A stretch of DNA of 64,000 nucleotides from Candidatus Omnitrophota bacterium. GTDB taxonomy: Bacteria; Omnitrophota; Gorgyraeia; Zapsychrales; JAKLDJ01. The stretch is from positions 91,413 to 155,412 of the forward strand of contig JAKLDJ010000002.1 in the NCBI GenBank assembly GCA_022703585.1. The letters are read 5' to 3'. Within the stretch, counting starts at the first letter, position 1. Each line of letters starts with the position of its first letter. The notes below the pieces were generated by a model. It saw nothing but the letters and a program-made list of their open reading frames with translations. It searched no databases and was not told where the DNA came from. A program made the position numbers and the translations under genes. Positions 41,740 to 52,999 of this stretch are shown piece after piece.

Positions 41740-42420
41740 CTACTTCAGATTTTCTTCGCTTTGAGCCGGAACCACTGCCTCTTCTTTGCTCACCTTGGGC
41801 AAAATAACAATTTCAACCCTGCGGTTTTTCTGCCGTCCTTCGGCCGTATCATTGGTAGCAACAGGATGATATTCGCCGTATCCGGTCGCCGAGAGCCGCT
41901 GGGGTGCAACACCCTGGCTGTCAACCAGATGATGCAAAACACTCATCGCGCGCGCAGAAGAAAGTTCCCAGTTCGATTTCCACCCTGAGTATTTTATCGG
42001 AACATTATCTGTATGGCCTTCCACGCCAACGTTCAAGTCGCGTACCGTCGTATTTAACACGCTGGAAACCTTATTGATTTTCTCCAGAGCATCTTCTCTT
42101 AATTTGGCCTTACCCGAATCAAACAAAACTTCGGAAACAAAGGTAATAACCAGGCCCCGCTCGAGCATCTCGATTTTGACTTCCTTATTGCCAATCTCCC
42201 TTTTCAGCTTATCTTCAAGCTCTGCCTTCGCGCGTTCCATTTCGCTCAGCTCGCTTTTAAGCTGGGTAATTTTTTCAATATCCGATCGTCTTCCTTTTTG
42301 GAAAATAAAAGTACAACCAACGAGTCCAAAACTCAAAAATGACACTATTGTTACTAATGAAATTACCTGTGCCGTCCTGCGCATTCTAGCCTCCTTTTTT
42401 TTAGTAACCAACATTAACAT
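41740..42420 (-). CDS. OmpA/MotB-family peptidoglycan-binding lipoprotein
   Basis: 226 aa. Lipobox LVGC, a coiled-coil stretch, and an OmpA C-like domain (GHTDNVP...SNWELSSARA...RRVEIV). Confidence 0.75.
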   Translation of the reverse strand: MLMLVTKKKEARMRRTAQVISLVTIVSFLSFGLVGCTFIFQKGRRSDIEKITQLKSELSEMERAKAELEDKLKREIGNKEVKIEMLERGLVITFVSEVLFDSGKAKLREDALEKINKVSSVLNTTVRDLNVGVEGHTDNVPIKYSGWKSNWELSSARAMSVLHHLVDSQGVAPQRLSATGYGEYHPVATNDTAEGRQKNRRVEIVILPKVSKEEAVVPAQSEENLK

Positions 42421-42534
42421 AAGCCTAAATTAAAGTCAAGAAATTTCTGGCAACATAATACTTCGCAATAAGATACGTGCTTATCAAATAACTTGTTTCT
42501 GCAATCGCGGACCGATCAAATATCGATTAACGGC

Positions 42535-43857
<1,323 letters not shown>

Positions 43858-43867
43858 TTAAGCCGTA

Positions 43868-45646
43868 TTATTTCTTATTTGCCGGTACGGTATCTTGAGC
43901 ATCAAGAATACTCAATACTTGTGCCGCTGTTGTTTCTTTGCCGGCACCAAATATCTCCACGTTATCAATAAGAAACAACGGGCCGTAAGAAATATTCATC
44001 TCCTCGGAAAATTTAATCCTTTCCGCCAGCAATTTAGTCCCTTCTTCACCCCGGGCACAATCTTTTATCTTTTTAACATCCATGCCATTGCTCTCCAAGC
44101 AATCTTCCCACCACAGGCTATCAATATTATCCGTGCGGCAAGTAAGATAATCCCGGCTTTTTTCGGGATAGGACGCATCCACACAGGCATAGATTTTGTC
44201 TTCAATTGTTTCCCGGATACCGCCGGGGCTTACGATCTCGTCGGTCTCCGGGTTTTTAGCCCCGACCAGGCGCAAGGTAAATTTTGTTTTGTCTTTTTTC
44301 TGATCCATAATTTCCCTGGCAACCTTAAGAACAGCCGGGGTATCCGGGTGAGACAAAACAATAAATAAATCCAGTTGGCCCGGCTGGGGTGCGCGATTGA
44401 TAAAATAAGAGACACCGGAAAACGACGGTTTTAAATAATACCGGTCCCCGATGAGATCGGCAATCTGGCTAAACCGGGAGAAATTCGGATCTTTTTCCAC
44501 CTGCCGGGAAAGCACGTAGGCGGGAAGCATCTCTACTTTAAATTCATCGATCATTTTCTTAGCTTCGGGATCGTCCGCCGTTAACGATTGCACCTCTAAG
44601 CCCGGAAAGATACTTTTGAGCCCTGCGACCACATAATCCGTCTTGCAGGTGCGGCATTTTTTGGGAACAATCATTGTCATTTTAACATTAACCGCTTCCT
44701 GGAATACGCAGCTGGCAATCTTCTCGCCCGGATTCTGACAAGCCGAACGCACCCCCGGACGCGCACAGTCTTTATCAGAATAACAACGGGGCAGAAGATT
44801 GTTAATCTCGGCATCATCTTCGACGCGATTATCAAGTGCTATTTCCTCAATTGAAGAATGAACGATTGTTCCGTTCTCCAGGCTCAGATTAAGCTTCGCT
44901 AATTCTTTTGCCCCCGACGGCAAAGTCACAATCAAGGTTTCGCCGGTCTTTTCAGATTCCTTGCCTTCCTGCTCCGCGGTCAAATCGATCATAACATTAA
45001 TCCCCGGAATTTGACCGGCTATGATTTTATCTTTCTGCCGGCCAAACGAACTTAAAACAATAATCAAATCGGCTTTTTTGTCTTTCAATTCATTGACGGC
45101 ATTCTTAATGCCCTCAAAGGGATCAGCCGTAAAGGGATCCTGGCCCGGCTGGGTCACGCCGATGACACCGACAGTCAAGTTGCCCGCCTTTTTCTTCAAG
45201 TACGGGCGGGCTCCTTTGATTTTAGTATTGCAAGAAAGAAAAGTTAAATCCATCTTTGAAATCACTTCTTCTAAAAATTTATCACCAAAATTATATTCAT
45301 CCTGCCCGATAACCAGGGCATCGTAATCCATCATTTCCAAGCTTTTCAGATAAACCAGCGTACGTGAAGCATCCAGATTTTGTTCGACTCGATTGATGTC
45401 TTGTTGGGCACCGGCAAAAGAGCTGCCCCCTTCGATCAAGAGGAGATCAGGAAAATCCTTGCGGAGCTGCTTAATCTTTCCCGCTCGACGGGAAACACCG
45501 CCTAAGGGCCCAGCCCCTTCATTAGCCGGATATAGCGCAGCACGCGATCCCGCCGTATAGATAACGGTAATATTTTCAGCATAGGCGCATTGAGAGAAAA
45601 AAGTAATCGCCAATAACAACGTGATAGAAAAAAACCATTTTTTCAT
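43868..45646 (-). CDS. Secreted multidomain protein: degenerate 5'-nucleotidase/metallophosphatase-like domain + Cys-rich linker + DsbA-like thioredoxin-fold C-domain
   Basis: 592 aa. Signal peptide. The N-terminal domain aligns with UshA-type 5'-nucleotidase blocks, but metal ligands are replaced: TAGSR in place of the Asp/His-containing metal-binding block I, IEGGSS for the conserved Asp of block II, GQDEY for GNHE, TAEQ for GHSH. The middle has CxxxxC/CxxC clusters. The C-terminus has a DsbA-like ending (YGPLFLIDN..FGA). Confidence 0.5.
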   Translation of the reverse strand: MKKWFFSITLLLAITFFSQCAYAENITVIYTAGSRAALYPANEGAGPLGGVSRRAGKIKQLRKDFPDLLLIEGGSSFAGAQQDINRVEQNLDASRTLVYLKSLEMMDYDALVIGQDEYNFGDKFLEEVISKMDLTFLSCNTKIKGARPYLKKKAGNLTVGVIGVTQPGQDPFTADPFEGIKNAVNELKDKKADLIIVLSSFGRQKDKIIAGQIPGINVMIDLTAEQEGKESEKTGETLIVTLPSGAKELAKLNLSLENGTIVHSSIEEIALDNRVEDDAEINNLLPRCYSDKDCARPGVRSACQNPGEKIASCVFQEAVNVKMTMIVPKKCRTCKTDYVVAGLKSIFPGLEVQSLTADDPEAKKMIDEFKVEMLPAYVLSRQVEKDPNFSRFSQIADLIGDRYYLKPSFSGVSYFINRAPQPGQLDLFIVLSHPDTPAVLKVAREIMDQKKDKTKFTLRLVGAKNPETDEIVSPGGIRETIEDKIYACVDASYPEKSRDYLTCRTDNIDSLWWEDCLESNGMDVKKIKDCARGEEGTKLLAERIKFSEEMNISYGPLFLIDNVEIFGAGKETTAAQVLSILDAQDTVPANKK

Positions 45647-45666
45647 AGCTTCCTCTCTTTCCCGTC

Positions 45667-46362
45667 CTAGGCAAACATAAACAATAAACCCAGGCCCAGC
45701 CCCAAGAACACCGCAGCGCTGATAATCTTTACTTTTGAAAAATAGATTTTGACAAAATCCGCGGGATTTCTCCCTTTGAGCCCTTTAAGAAGTAAAATAA
45801 GAATAACCGGCAGCGGGATAATTAAAGCCAGGCTATAAAGAGCCACGCCAACAACCGCTTTAAAGATACGCCCCTGTTCAACAAGCATCCCCACCGCGAC
45901 GGGAAAATACGGATACCCTCGCCCCGCAGAACTTAAGATTCCAAAAACAAAACCACCCAAAATCGCGATGAAGAGAACTTTCCCGGGACCGTGGATTCCT
46001 CCGCTTCTCCCAGCCCCTATTTTCAGAAAAATAGATCTTTCACAATCTCCCGTTTTTCGGCAGATAATCCAATCATAAAAATTGAGGATTCCCAGGACAA
46101 CGGCCAGCACACCAAGAAAAGCATGGGCCGTATTGGTTATAACAGAGAAAACCTCCAGATTCCGGAATACCCCAAATGCGCCCCATTCGATCAATAGGGT
46201 CGACAGAAAGATGCCCAAGATAAAAAAGTTTCCAAAGAGCAGGATTTGCCTGCGGGAATAATTAACAAAAAAAATGTAGGCAATAAGATACGCCCATACC
46301 GCGAGGGCACACGGATTAACACTGTCAATTAACCCCGCTAAGAAAATTGTGATAAAATCCAA
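45667..46362 (-). CDS. CcdA/DsbD-family thiol:disulfide transmembrane electron transporter-like protein
   Basis: 231 aa. Six predicted TM segments. LIDSVNPCAL motif in TM1 is typical of CcdA/DsbD cores. Confidence 0.6.
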   Translation of the reverse strand: MDFITIFLAGLIDSVNPCALAVWAYLIAYIFFVNYSRRQILLFGNFFILGIFLSTLLIEWGAFGVFRNLEVFSVITNTAHAFLGVLAVVLGILNFYDWIICRKTGDCERSIFLKIGAGRSGGIHGPGKVLFIAILGGFVFGILSSAGRGYPYFPVAVGMLVEQGRIFKAVVGVALYSLALIIPLPVILILLLKGLKGRNPADFVKIYFSKVKIISAAVFLGLGLGLLFMFA

Positions 46363-46367
46363 CGCTT

Positions 46368-47951
46368 TTAGACCTTAATCAGTTTGACAAACAGGATATC
46401 TTTTGTCTTGCGCAATTTCTCAATCGCCCTTTCGGGAACCTCGGTATCAACATTAACGACGCTAATCGCCATCCCTCCCGGCGTCTCTCGTCCGAAAGTA
46501 ATGCCGGCAACGTTGATATTTTCTTGCGCCAGGACAGTCCCGACGGCCCCGACAATTCCAGGCCTGTCATTATTATTAACAAAAAGCATATACCCCCCGG
46601 GAAAGGCCTCGACATAAACGCTATTGACCTTGACAATACGCGGTTGTTTATTACCCGATAATGTCCCCCATAAGGAGAATGTTTCTTTATCCGTCTTGAT
46701 CTTTAAGTTGATAAGATTAACAAATTCCTCTTCTTCGCTCGAGATAATCTCTTGCACCTTGATTGCCCGTTCTTTGGCCAATTCCAAGGCGTTAATAAAG
46801 TTAACCGTTTCGCCGACAATCGGCCAGAGAAGGCCATAAACCAAAGACATGGTAACCGGCGCCAGTTTATAGCCAGTGATTGCGCCGCTATAGACGATTT
46901 CAATTTCGTTGACACGGCCGTTGACCAGTTGCCCCGCAAACTTGCCCATGCGTTCGGCAAGATTGATGTACGGGCCCAACACCTTGTAACTGGCCGCATC
47001 CACCGTCGGGAAATTCGCCGCGTTAACAATTCCTTTGCCCAATAAGGCATCACGAATCGTATTGGCGATTTCGATGGCAACATTAACCTGCGCCTCGGAA
47101 GTCGATGCGCCCAAATGGGGCGTCACCACGCAGTTTTCAAATTTTAAAAGAGGCAAATCTGCCGGAGGTGGTTCCTGTTCATAAACATCCAGGGCGCAAC
47201 CAGCCACGATTCCCTTTTCCAATGCCCTGGCTAATGCGGCCTCATCAATGATTCCGCCGCGGGCACAATTGACAACACGCACGCCTTTTTTCATAATGGC
47301 AAATTCTTTATCCGAAATGAGGTGCTTGGTCTCGCTGCTCTTTGGCGTATGGACGGTGATATAATCCGCCTGCCGGAATATCTGATCCAGTTCGGCCATT
47401 TCAATTTCCATTTTTGCGGCGACTTCCATGGAGATGTACGGATCAAAGGCCAAGATTTTCATGCCGAAACTTCTGGCAAACTTTGCCACCGTCGAGCCGA
47501 TACGGCCCAGGCCGATAATCCCTAATGTCTTTCCGTAAAGCTCAACACCCATAAACTTGTTGCGCTCCCACTTGCCGGCCTTAAGGGCACCGTGCGACTG
47601 AGGGATATTGCGAGACATCGACAAGATAAGGCTCATGGTATGCTCTGCCGTCGAAGTAGTATTGCCGGCAGGCGTATTCATCGCAACGATTCCTTTCTTT
47701 GTGGCGGCCGGTAAATCGACGTTGTCTAAGCCCACTCCGGCGCGGCCGATAAACTTTAATTTATCAGCGGCCGCGATGATATCAGCGGTAACTGTGGTCC
47801 CGCTGCGGATGATCAAGGCATCATAATCTTTGATGATGCTTTTAAGCTCATCGGGCTTGATGCCGTATTTGCAGTCCACCTGAAAATCTTTAACATCTTT
47901 AAGTATTTTTACCCCTTCTTCGGCTAATTTATCGCTAATTAGAATTTTCAT
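46368..47951 (-). CDS. serA: D-3-phosphoglycerate dehydrogenase (long form with ASB and ACT domains)
   Basis: 527 aa. NAD-binding GxGxxG (GLGRIGS), catalytic R/E/H, and a C-terminal ACT domain. Confidence 0.9.
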   Translation of the reverse strand: MKILISDKLAEEGVKILKDVKDFQVDCKYGIKPDELKSIIKDYDALIIRSGTTVTADIIAAADKLKFIGRAGVGLDNVDLPAATKKGIVAMNTPAGNTTSTAEHTMSLILSMSRNIPQSHGALKAGKWERNKFMGVELYGKTLGIIGLGRIGSTVAKFARSFGMKILAFDPYISMEVAAKMEIEMAELDQIFRQADYITVHTPKSSETKHLISDKEFAIMKKGVRVVNCARGGIIDEAALARALEKGIVAGCALDVYEQEPPPADLPLLKFENCVVTPHLGASTSEAQVNVAIEIANTIRDALLGKGIVNAANFPTVDAASYKVLGPYINLAERMGKFAGQLVNGRVNEIEIVYSGAITGYKLAPVTMSLVYGLLWPIVGETVNFINALELAKERAIKVQEIISSEEEEFVNLINLKIKTDKETFSLWGTLSGNKQPRIVKVNSVYVEAFPGGYMLFVNNNDRPGIVGAVGTVLAQENINVAGITFGRETPGGMAISVVNVDTEVPERAIEKLRKTKDILFVKLIKV

Positions 47952-48027
47952 TTAAGTTTCCTCGCAATCTTTCTTAATCTTACAAAGCGGTTCGTCTTAA
48001 GATTTATCCAAAAAACCAAAATTCCGA

Positions 48028-49167
48028 TTAAGAGTTGAGCAATTTCTGCGCTGCCGCAACCCCAGCACCTAATTCGAATTTATAACCCATCTCCTTTAAA
48101 ACTTTTTCCAGGCAGGAAATACCGGTTAAAATATCGTATTCATCCACACAGCCCATCTGGGCGATACGGATAATCTTTCCCTTTAATTCCGACTGCCCGC
48201 CGGCCATCGTAATACCATGCGTGTCGCGCATCACCTTGGCGAGTTTTTCGCCCTCAATGCCGTCCGGAACACAAATAGCAGTCACCGCATTGGAAATGCA
48301 CGACTCGTCGGCAAATAACTTTAAACCTAGCGCCTTGGCAGCCGCACGGTTAGCCTTGGCCAGACGCGCGTGATGGGCGATTAACTTTTCCAAACCCATC
48401 TGTTTAATTAATTTTAAGCTCTCGTTAAGCGCAATAATAATCCCGATCGCCGGAGTAAAAGGCGTGTCCGTCTGATCGCAAGCCTTTTTTGCTTTCTTCA
48501 GGTCAAAATAATATTTGGGACATTTCGATTGCTCGACTAAGGCAAAGGCCTTTTTGCTGACGCTGATAAAGGCAAGCCCGGGCGGAAGCATGAGCCCTTT
48601 TTGCGAACCCGAGACCACCACATCCACACCCCACTCATCGGTCTTTAATTCCGTTGCCCCCAAGCCGCTGATGGCATCAACCACCAAGACCGCATTGGTC
48701 TTCTTTATTACTTCGGCAATCGCCTTGATATTCGTATCAACACCCGTCGAGGTCTCAGTCAGGGTCGTAAAAACAACCTTGATGTCTTTGTCTTTCTCAA
48801 GCAGTTCGCGTATTTGGGTATCTTTAACGGCCTTGCCCGAAGGAATTTTAAGAACTTCCGCTTTGATGCCGTAGGCCTTGCACAATTCCGTCCAACGCTC
48901 GCCGAATTTTCCCGCCTCGACGCAAACGGCCTTGTCACCGGAAGAAAGAAGATTGCAAACAGCAGATTCCATGGCGCCGGTTCCGGAAGAAGTCAGAATA
49001 AAGACATCGTTTTGTGTTTGGAAAACATATTTAAGGCCTTCCGCTGCTTCTTTTAAGATCGTTTGAAACTGTGGCGTACGGTGATGGATAATCGGCCGGC
49101 CTAAAACTTCGCAGATTTGAGGCGGAATTTGTGTCGGACCCGGAGTAAGCAATAGATTTCTCTTCAT
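48028..49167 (-). CDS. Class V aminotransferase (serine-pyruvate/alanine-glyoxylate family); probable phosphoserine aminotransferase in serine biosynthesis
   Basis: 379 aa. LLTPGPT N-terminus and a PLP-lysine region (SGSQKGL). Adjacent to serA. Confidence 0.75.
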   Translation of the reverse strand: MKRNLLLTPGPTQIPPQICEVLGRPIIHHRTPQFQTILKEAAEGLKYVFQTQNDVFILTSSGTGAMESAVCNLLSSGDKAVCVEAGKFGERWTELCKAYGIKAEVLKIPSGKAVKDTQIRELLEKDKDIKVVFTTLTETSTGVDTNIKAIAEVIKKTNAVLVVDAISGLGATELKTDEWGVDVVVSGSQKGLMLPPGLAFISVSKKAFALVEQSKCPKYYFDLKKAKKACDQTDTPFTPAIGIIIALNESLKLIKQMGLEKLIAHHARLAKANRAAAKALGLKLFADESCISNAVTAICVPDGIEGEKLAKVMRDTHGITMAGGQSELKGKIIRIAQMGCVDEYDILTGISCLEKVLKEMGYKFELGAGVAAAQKLLNS

Positions 49168-49227
49168 GGCTGGTTCCTTTCTTGCAATAAAATTGCGTTT
49201 ATGCGTTTATTGGATTAGTATTTAGGC

Positions 49228-49896
49228 TTACTGGATCTTTTTGGTGTTAACGATCACTTCATCAATCAAGCCGTATGCCTTGGCCTCCGACGAACTCATA
49301 AAGAAATCCCTATCGGAATCCTTCAGGATTTTATCCAGCGGCTGATTGGTATGCCTGGCTAAAATTTTATTGATATCGTCTTTCATTCTTAAAATCTCGT
49401 TAGCCTGAATCGAGATATCCGTCGCCGCTCCCTGCACCCCGCCCCAGGGCTGATGAATCATCACCCGTGAGTAGGGAAGGCAGTAGCGTTTTCCTTTTGT
49501 CCCTGCGGTTAAGAGTACCGCACCCATACTGGCGGCCTGGCCGATACAGTAGGTACAGACATCCGGCTTAACAAATTGAATCGTGTCGTAAATCGCTAAA
49601 CCCGCCGTGACCGACCCGCCGGGGGTATTGATGTAAATATTGATATCGCGCGTGGCATCTTCGGATTGCAAAAAAAGCATCTGGGCAATCACCAGATTGG
49701 CAACGGTATCATCGATCGCCGTGCCTAAGAAAATAATCCTGTCTTTTAGCAGGCGCGAATAAATATCATAGGCGCGTTCAATATGCCCGCTTTTTTCGAT
49801 AACGATCGGAACCAGCATTTGAGATTTTACGTCTTTAGTGTCCATGTCCTGCCCCCTTTTTAACAACTGCTTTTGAAATTGCTCGTGCACGATCAA
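49228..49896 (-). CDS. clpP: ATP-dependent Clp protease proteolytic subunit
   Basis: 222 aa. Ser-His-Asp triad context (GQAASMG, MIHQP). Confidence 0.95.
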   Translation of the reverse strand: MIVHEQFQKQLLKRGQDMDTKDVKSQMLVPIVIEKSGHIERAYDIYSRLLKDRIIFLGTAIDDTVANLVIAQMLFLQSEDATRDINIYINTPGGSVTAGLAIYDTIQFVKPDVCTYCIGQAASMGAVLLTAGTKGKRYCLPYSRVMIHQPWGGVQGAATDISIQANEILRMKDDINKILARHTNQPLDKILKDSDRDFFMSSSEAKAYGLIDEVIVNTKKIQ

Positions 49897-50798
49897 TGAA
49901 TAATTTTTGATTCTTCCTGCCAGTCAGCCTCCTTTAATAAAAATGCCAAAACCTTATAAAACAGGTTCTCGTTTGTGTCCACCGTAATATTTTCCAGTTC
50001 GGCAATTTTGCCTAAGATAAAATACATCTTTATGTCGCGCTCAGCAACGCTTTTTAGATTTTTTCGCAGTTCCTCTTCTTTCTTGTCGATGTCTTCTTTT
50101 TTGGCGCCCTGATGCTCCAGGCGATGCTTGCCTTCTTCCACCAAATGCTCCAGCTGCCTTTTGACCGCGGACTCCGGCACTGCCAATGTGGCGTTCTTTA
50201 AAAGATATTCGACAATTTGATTTTCGACATCCAGGCGGTTTTGACGGTCCTTGTCAATTTCCATCTGTCTTTTTAAAGAAGTCTTAAAATCTTCCAGGCT
50301 CGGGTAACCCAGACCGCGGGCAAAATTATCGTCGATGGCGATTTCCTTGCCCTGCCCCTGGCCTTTTTTAAGAAATTCAAACGTCTTGTTGATTTCTTCG
50401 TCGGTTACCGCGGACGTCTTTTTTACAACCTTGATCTTTTTGTAATCTTTGATTTTGACTTCCGGTTTGATATCCAGCGTCGCCGTAAAAGAAACAATAC
50501 CGTCTTTTAAATGAACATCTTCAATCTCGGGCATATCAATAGGATCCAGGGCTTCTTTTTCAAGGGCCTCCTGATAGACCTCAGGAATGATCTTTTTGAT
50601 CATCTCCTCTTCAGCAAGCTTACCGTGATGCTCCTGAATAACATGGCGGGGCGCCTTGCCGGGCCTGAAACCCTTGATTGTTGCCACCTTACCCAGTTCA
50701 CCGTATACCTCTTCAAGTTTTTTAGCGACACGCTCCTTGGGAACTTCGAATTTTAATTCTCTTTTAGTCGCATCAATCTTCTTAACTTCAACTTTCAT
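49893..50798 (-). CDS. tig: Trigger factor, short form apparently lacking the FKBP PPIase domain
   Basis: 301 aa. The ribosome-binding N-domain has GFRPGKAP. It is followed directly by a C-terminal arm-like region. The ~100-aa FKBP block is absent. Confidence 0.75.
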   Translation of the reverse strand: MKVEVKKIDATKRELKFEVPKERVAKKLEEVYGELGKVATIKGFRPGKAPRHVIQEHHGKLAEEEMIKKIIPEVYQEALEKEALDPIDMPEIEDVHLKDGIVSFTATLDIKPEVKIKDYKKIKVVKKTSAVTDEEINKTFEFLKKGQGQGKEIAIDDNFARGLGYPSLEDFKTSLKRQMEIDKDRQNRLDVENQIVEYLLKNATLAVPESAVKRQLEHLVEEGKHRLEHQGAKKEDIDKKEEELRKNLKSVAERDIKMYFILGKIAELENITVDTNENLFYKVLAFLLKEADWQEESKIIH

Positions 50799-50848
50799 GA
50801 AAAACCCTGACCTCTCTTTATTATTGGTTTAAACGGTACTGCCTTCCC

Positions 50849-51571
50849 TTACATCGAAAATTTCTCACCCAGATAAATCTTTCGCGCCTTGGGGTCGTTA
50901 ATCAGCTCCTGGGCCGTACCGGAAATCAAAACCCTGCCCTCGGCAATGAGATAGGCACGGTCGGTAATCGAAAGCGTCTCACGCACATTGTGGTCGGTGA
51001 GCAAAATCCCCAAGCCTTTTTCTTTTAATTCCTTAATAATCTCCTGCGCCTCGGCAACAACAATCGGGTCGATACCGGAAAAAGGTTCGTCCAAAAGGAT
51101 AAAGGAAGGATTGGTCACCAGGGCCCGCGTAATCTCAAGCCTGCGGCGCTCACCGCCGGATAACGTATACGCCTTGCTTTTGGCTAAATGAGCAATCTTA
51201 AGCTCTTCCAGTAAAGCCTGAAGCCTTTTGCGGCGTTCGCGAGGGCTGATATTTAAGGTTTCCAGAATAGCCATAATGTTTTCTTCCACCGTTAATTTAC
51301 GAAAAATCGACGGCTCCTGCGAAAGATATCCGATTCCTAAATGGCAACGTTCGTGGATCGATTTTCTTGTAATATCTTCCTGGTCAAAAATAATCTGTCC
51401 CTGGTCCGGCGCAATAATGCCTACTGCCATATAAAAGGTGGTTGTTTTTCCGGCGCCGTTAGGGCCCAGGAGCCCCACGATTTCGGAACGCCTCACGGAA
51501 ATGCTTAGGCCATCGACAACCCTTCGGCCGCCGTAAGCCTTGACCAAATTTTTTGTCTCGAGAAGGTACAT
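50849..51571 (-). CDS. lptB: LPS export ABC transporter ATP-binding protein
   Basis: 240 aa. Walker A GPNGAGKTT, signature LSGGERRR, Walker B ILLDEP. Located after the lptA-like gene. Confidence 0.85.
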   Translation of the reverse strand: MYLLETKNLVKAYGGRRVVDGLSISVRRSEIVGLLGPNGAGKTTTFYMAVGIIAPDQGQIIFDQEDITRKSIHERCHLGIGYLSQEPSIFRKLTVEENIMAILETLNISPRERRKRLQALLEELKIAHLAKSKAYTLSGGERRRLEITRALVTNPSFILLDEPFSGIDPIVVAEAQEIIKELKEKGLGILLTDHNVRETLSITDRAYLIAEGRVLISGTAQELINDPKARKIYLGEKFSM

Positions 51572-51574
51572 GGA

Positions 51575-52510
51575 TTACTTGCCCTCGTCTGTTTTACTAC
51601 TCTGCGATTCTGTGTCCGTCAAAGGCAAGACCGCGTCATCGCCTTGGGTGTAAAAAATCAGCTTGGGAGTTCCGATCAATAAGAGTTTTTGTTCTGCCGC
51701 TTTATAAATAGCCTTCTCCGAATAGCTGGTGTTTTGCCCCATCGAAATCGAGACATGGCCGGTGCAGATCATTTCCTTGATCTGTTTGGCTTCCTTGTCA
51801 AAAAAGACTTCCATTTTATCAGCCGTCAGTTTCCGTTCGCCTTCGATGGCCACCACATTGTTGTTAAAAACAGCATTGCCCGTGGCATAATCCACCTCCA
51901 GCGGCCCATCGCAGGTAATGGTGACATGGTTCGAATCCTTTTTCTTAGGATCGGTATCGACCGTCACTGTGACATTTTCATTGATCTGCGCCGTATTTAA
52001 ACCTGGATGAGCGATAGCGCCGGTGCCGGTTGTCTTCATCCCTTCCCGGGTCAGGACAACCTTATCGGGGGTCGTGACCACATTCTTTTCTCTTTCCCAA
52101 TCGAGAGAATCGGTGACTAATTTTGAGCCAGTCTGAGTTGTCACCACCACGTCGTCCTGCAGGTGCATTTTACCGCTCACCTTATCGATAGTACCGGACT
52201 TGGCGGTTAAATTCATCTGTTCCTCGCCGTAGGCATTGGCCACGATGTCGGTCAGCTTTATAATATCGCCCAAAATATCAGCCCTGTCACCCTTGATATC
52301 CCAGGCCTTTTGACCGCCGTCTTTGTACCCGGCAAGGTCAAAGCCCTGAAACTGCTGGTTGGATTGCTGGGCAGCAGGCTGAGAAGAATCTTCGGCGCGG
52401 ATAAGCACTCCGCCGCTAAGAAGAATTAAGAAGGCGAGTGTGATATTTCTAATCATGATTTGAGAAAATCCTTGTGGATTTAAGCGTAACGGGCGAGAGT
52501 TCCTTGCCAT
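51575..52510 (-). CDS. OstA-like LPS transport periplasmic protein (LptA family, possibly LptC-LptA-like arrangement)
   Basis: 311 aa. N-terminal TM/signal segment, then two OstA_N-like beta-jellyroll regions. No separate lptC lies between kdsC and lptB. Confidence 0.6.
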   Translation of the reverse strand: MARNSRPLRLNPQGFSQIMIRNITLAFLILLSGGVLIRAEDSSQPAAQQSNQQFQGFDLAGYKDGGQKAWDIKGDRADILGDIIKLTDIVANAYGEEQMNLTAKSGTIDKVSGKMHLQDDVVVTTQTGSKLVTDSLDWEREKNVVTTPDKVVLTREGMKTTGTGAIAHPGLNTAQINENVTVTVDTDPKKKDSNHVTITCDGPLEVDYATGNAVFNNNVVAIEGERKLTADKMEVFFDKEAKQIKEMICTGHVSISMGQNTSYSEKAIYKAAEQKLLLIGTPKLIFYTQGDDAVLPLTDTESQSSKTDEGK

Positions 52511-52998
52511 TTACCTTGTGTCTTTAAAATAAGCTCGACAACTTCGCGTACCGCGCCGTTGCCGCCTTTCTTCTTGGTAACATAGTGCGCGGCTTTTTTA
52601 ACCTCAGGGACAGCATTGGCAACCGCCACGGCAAAACCGACCCTTTTTAAAACCGGTAAATCCGGCAAATCGTCACCGACAAAACAAACCTCGTTATCTT
52701 TAACCTTAAAACCGCGCAGCATTTTTTCATAGGCGTGCGTTTTAGGGAATGCGTCTAAATAAACCTTATCGATTTCAAGATCCGCCGCCCTTAAAGTGAC
52801 AACCTTTGAGGCGCGGGCGGTGACAATGGCTGTCTTAAATCCGGCCTTGCGGAAAAATACGATGCCAAAACCATCCTGCACGTCAAAAAACTTGGTCTCC
52901 GCGCCGTTGCTGTCAAAAACGATTTTTCCGTCGGTTAAAACGCCGTCAACATCCAGGGCCAATACTTTTATCTTCTTAATGCGGTCTTTCATAGCCAC
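52480..52998 (-). CDS. kdsC: 3-deoxy-D-manno-octulosonate 8-phosphate phosphatase
   Basis: 172 aa. HAD motif I LALDVDGVLTDG. Confidence 0.85.
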   Translation of the reverse strand: MAMKDRIKKIKVLALDVDGVLTDGKIVFDSNGAETKFFDVQDGFGIVFFRKAGFKTAIVTARASKVVTLRAADLEIDKVYLDAFPKTHAYEKMLRGFKVKDNEVCFVGDDLPDLPVLKRVGFAVAVANAVPEVKKAAHYVTKKKGGNGAVREVVELILKTQGKWQGTLARYA

Positions 52999-52999
52999 C

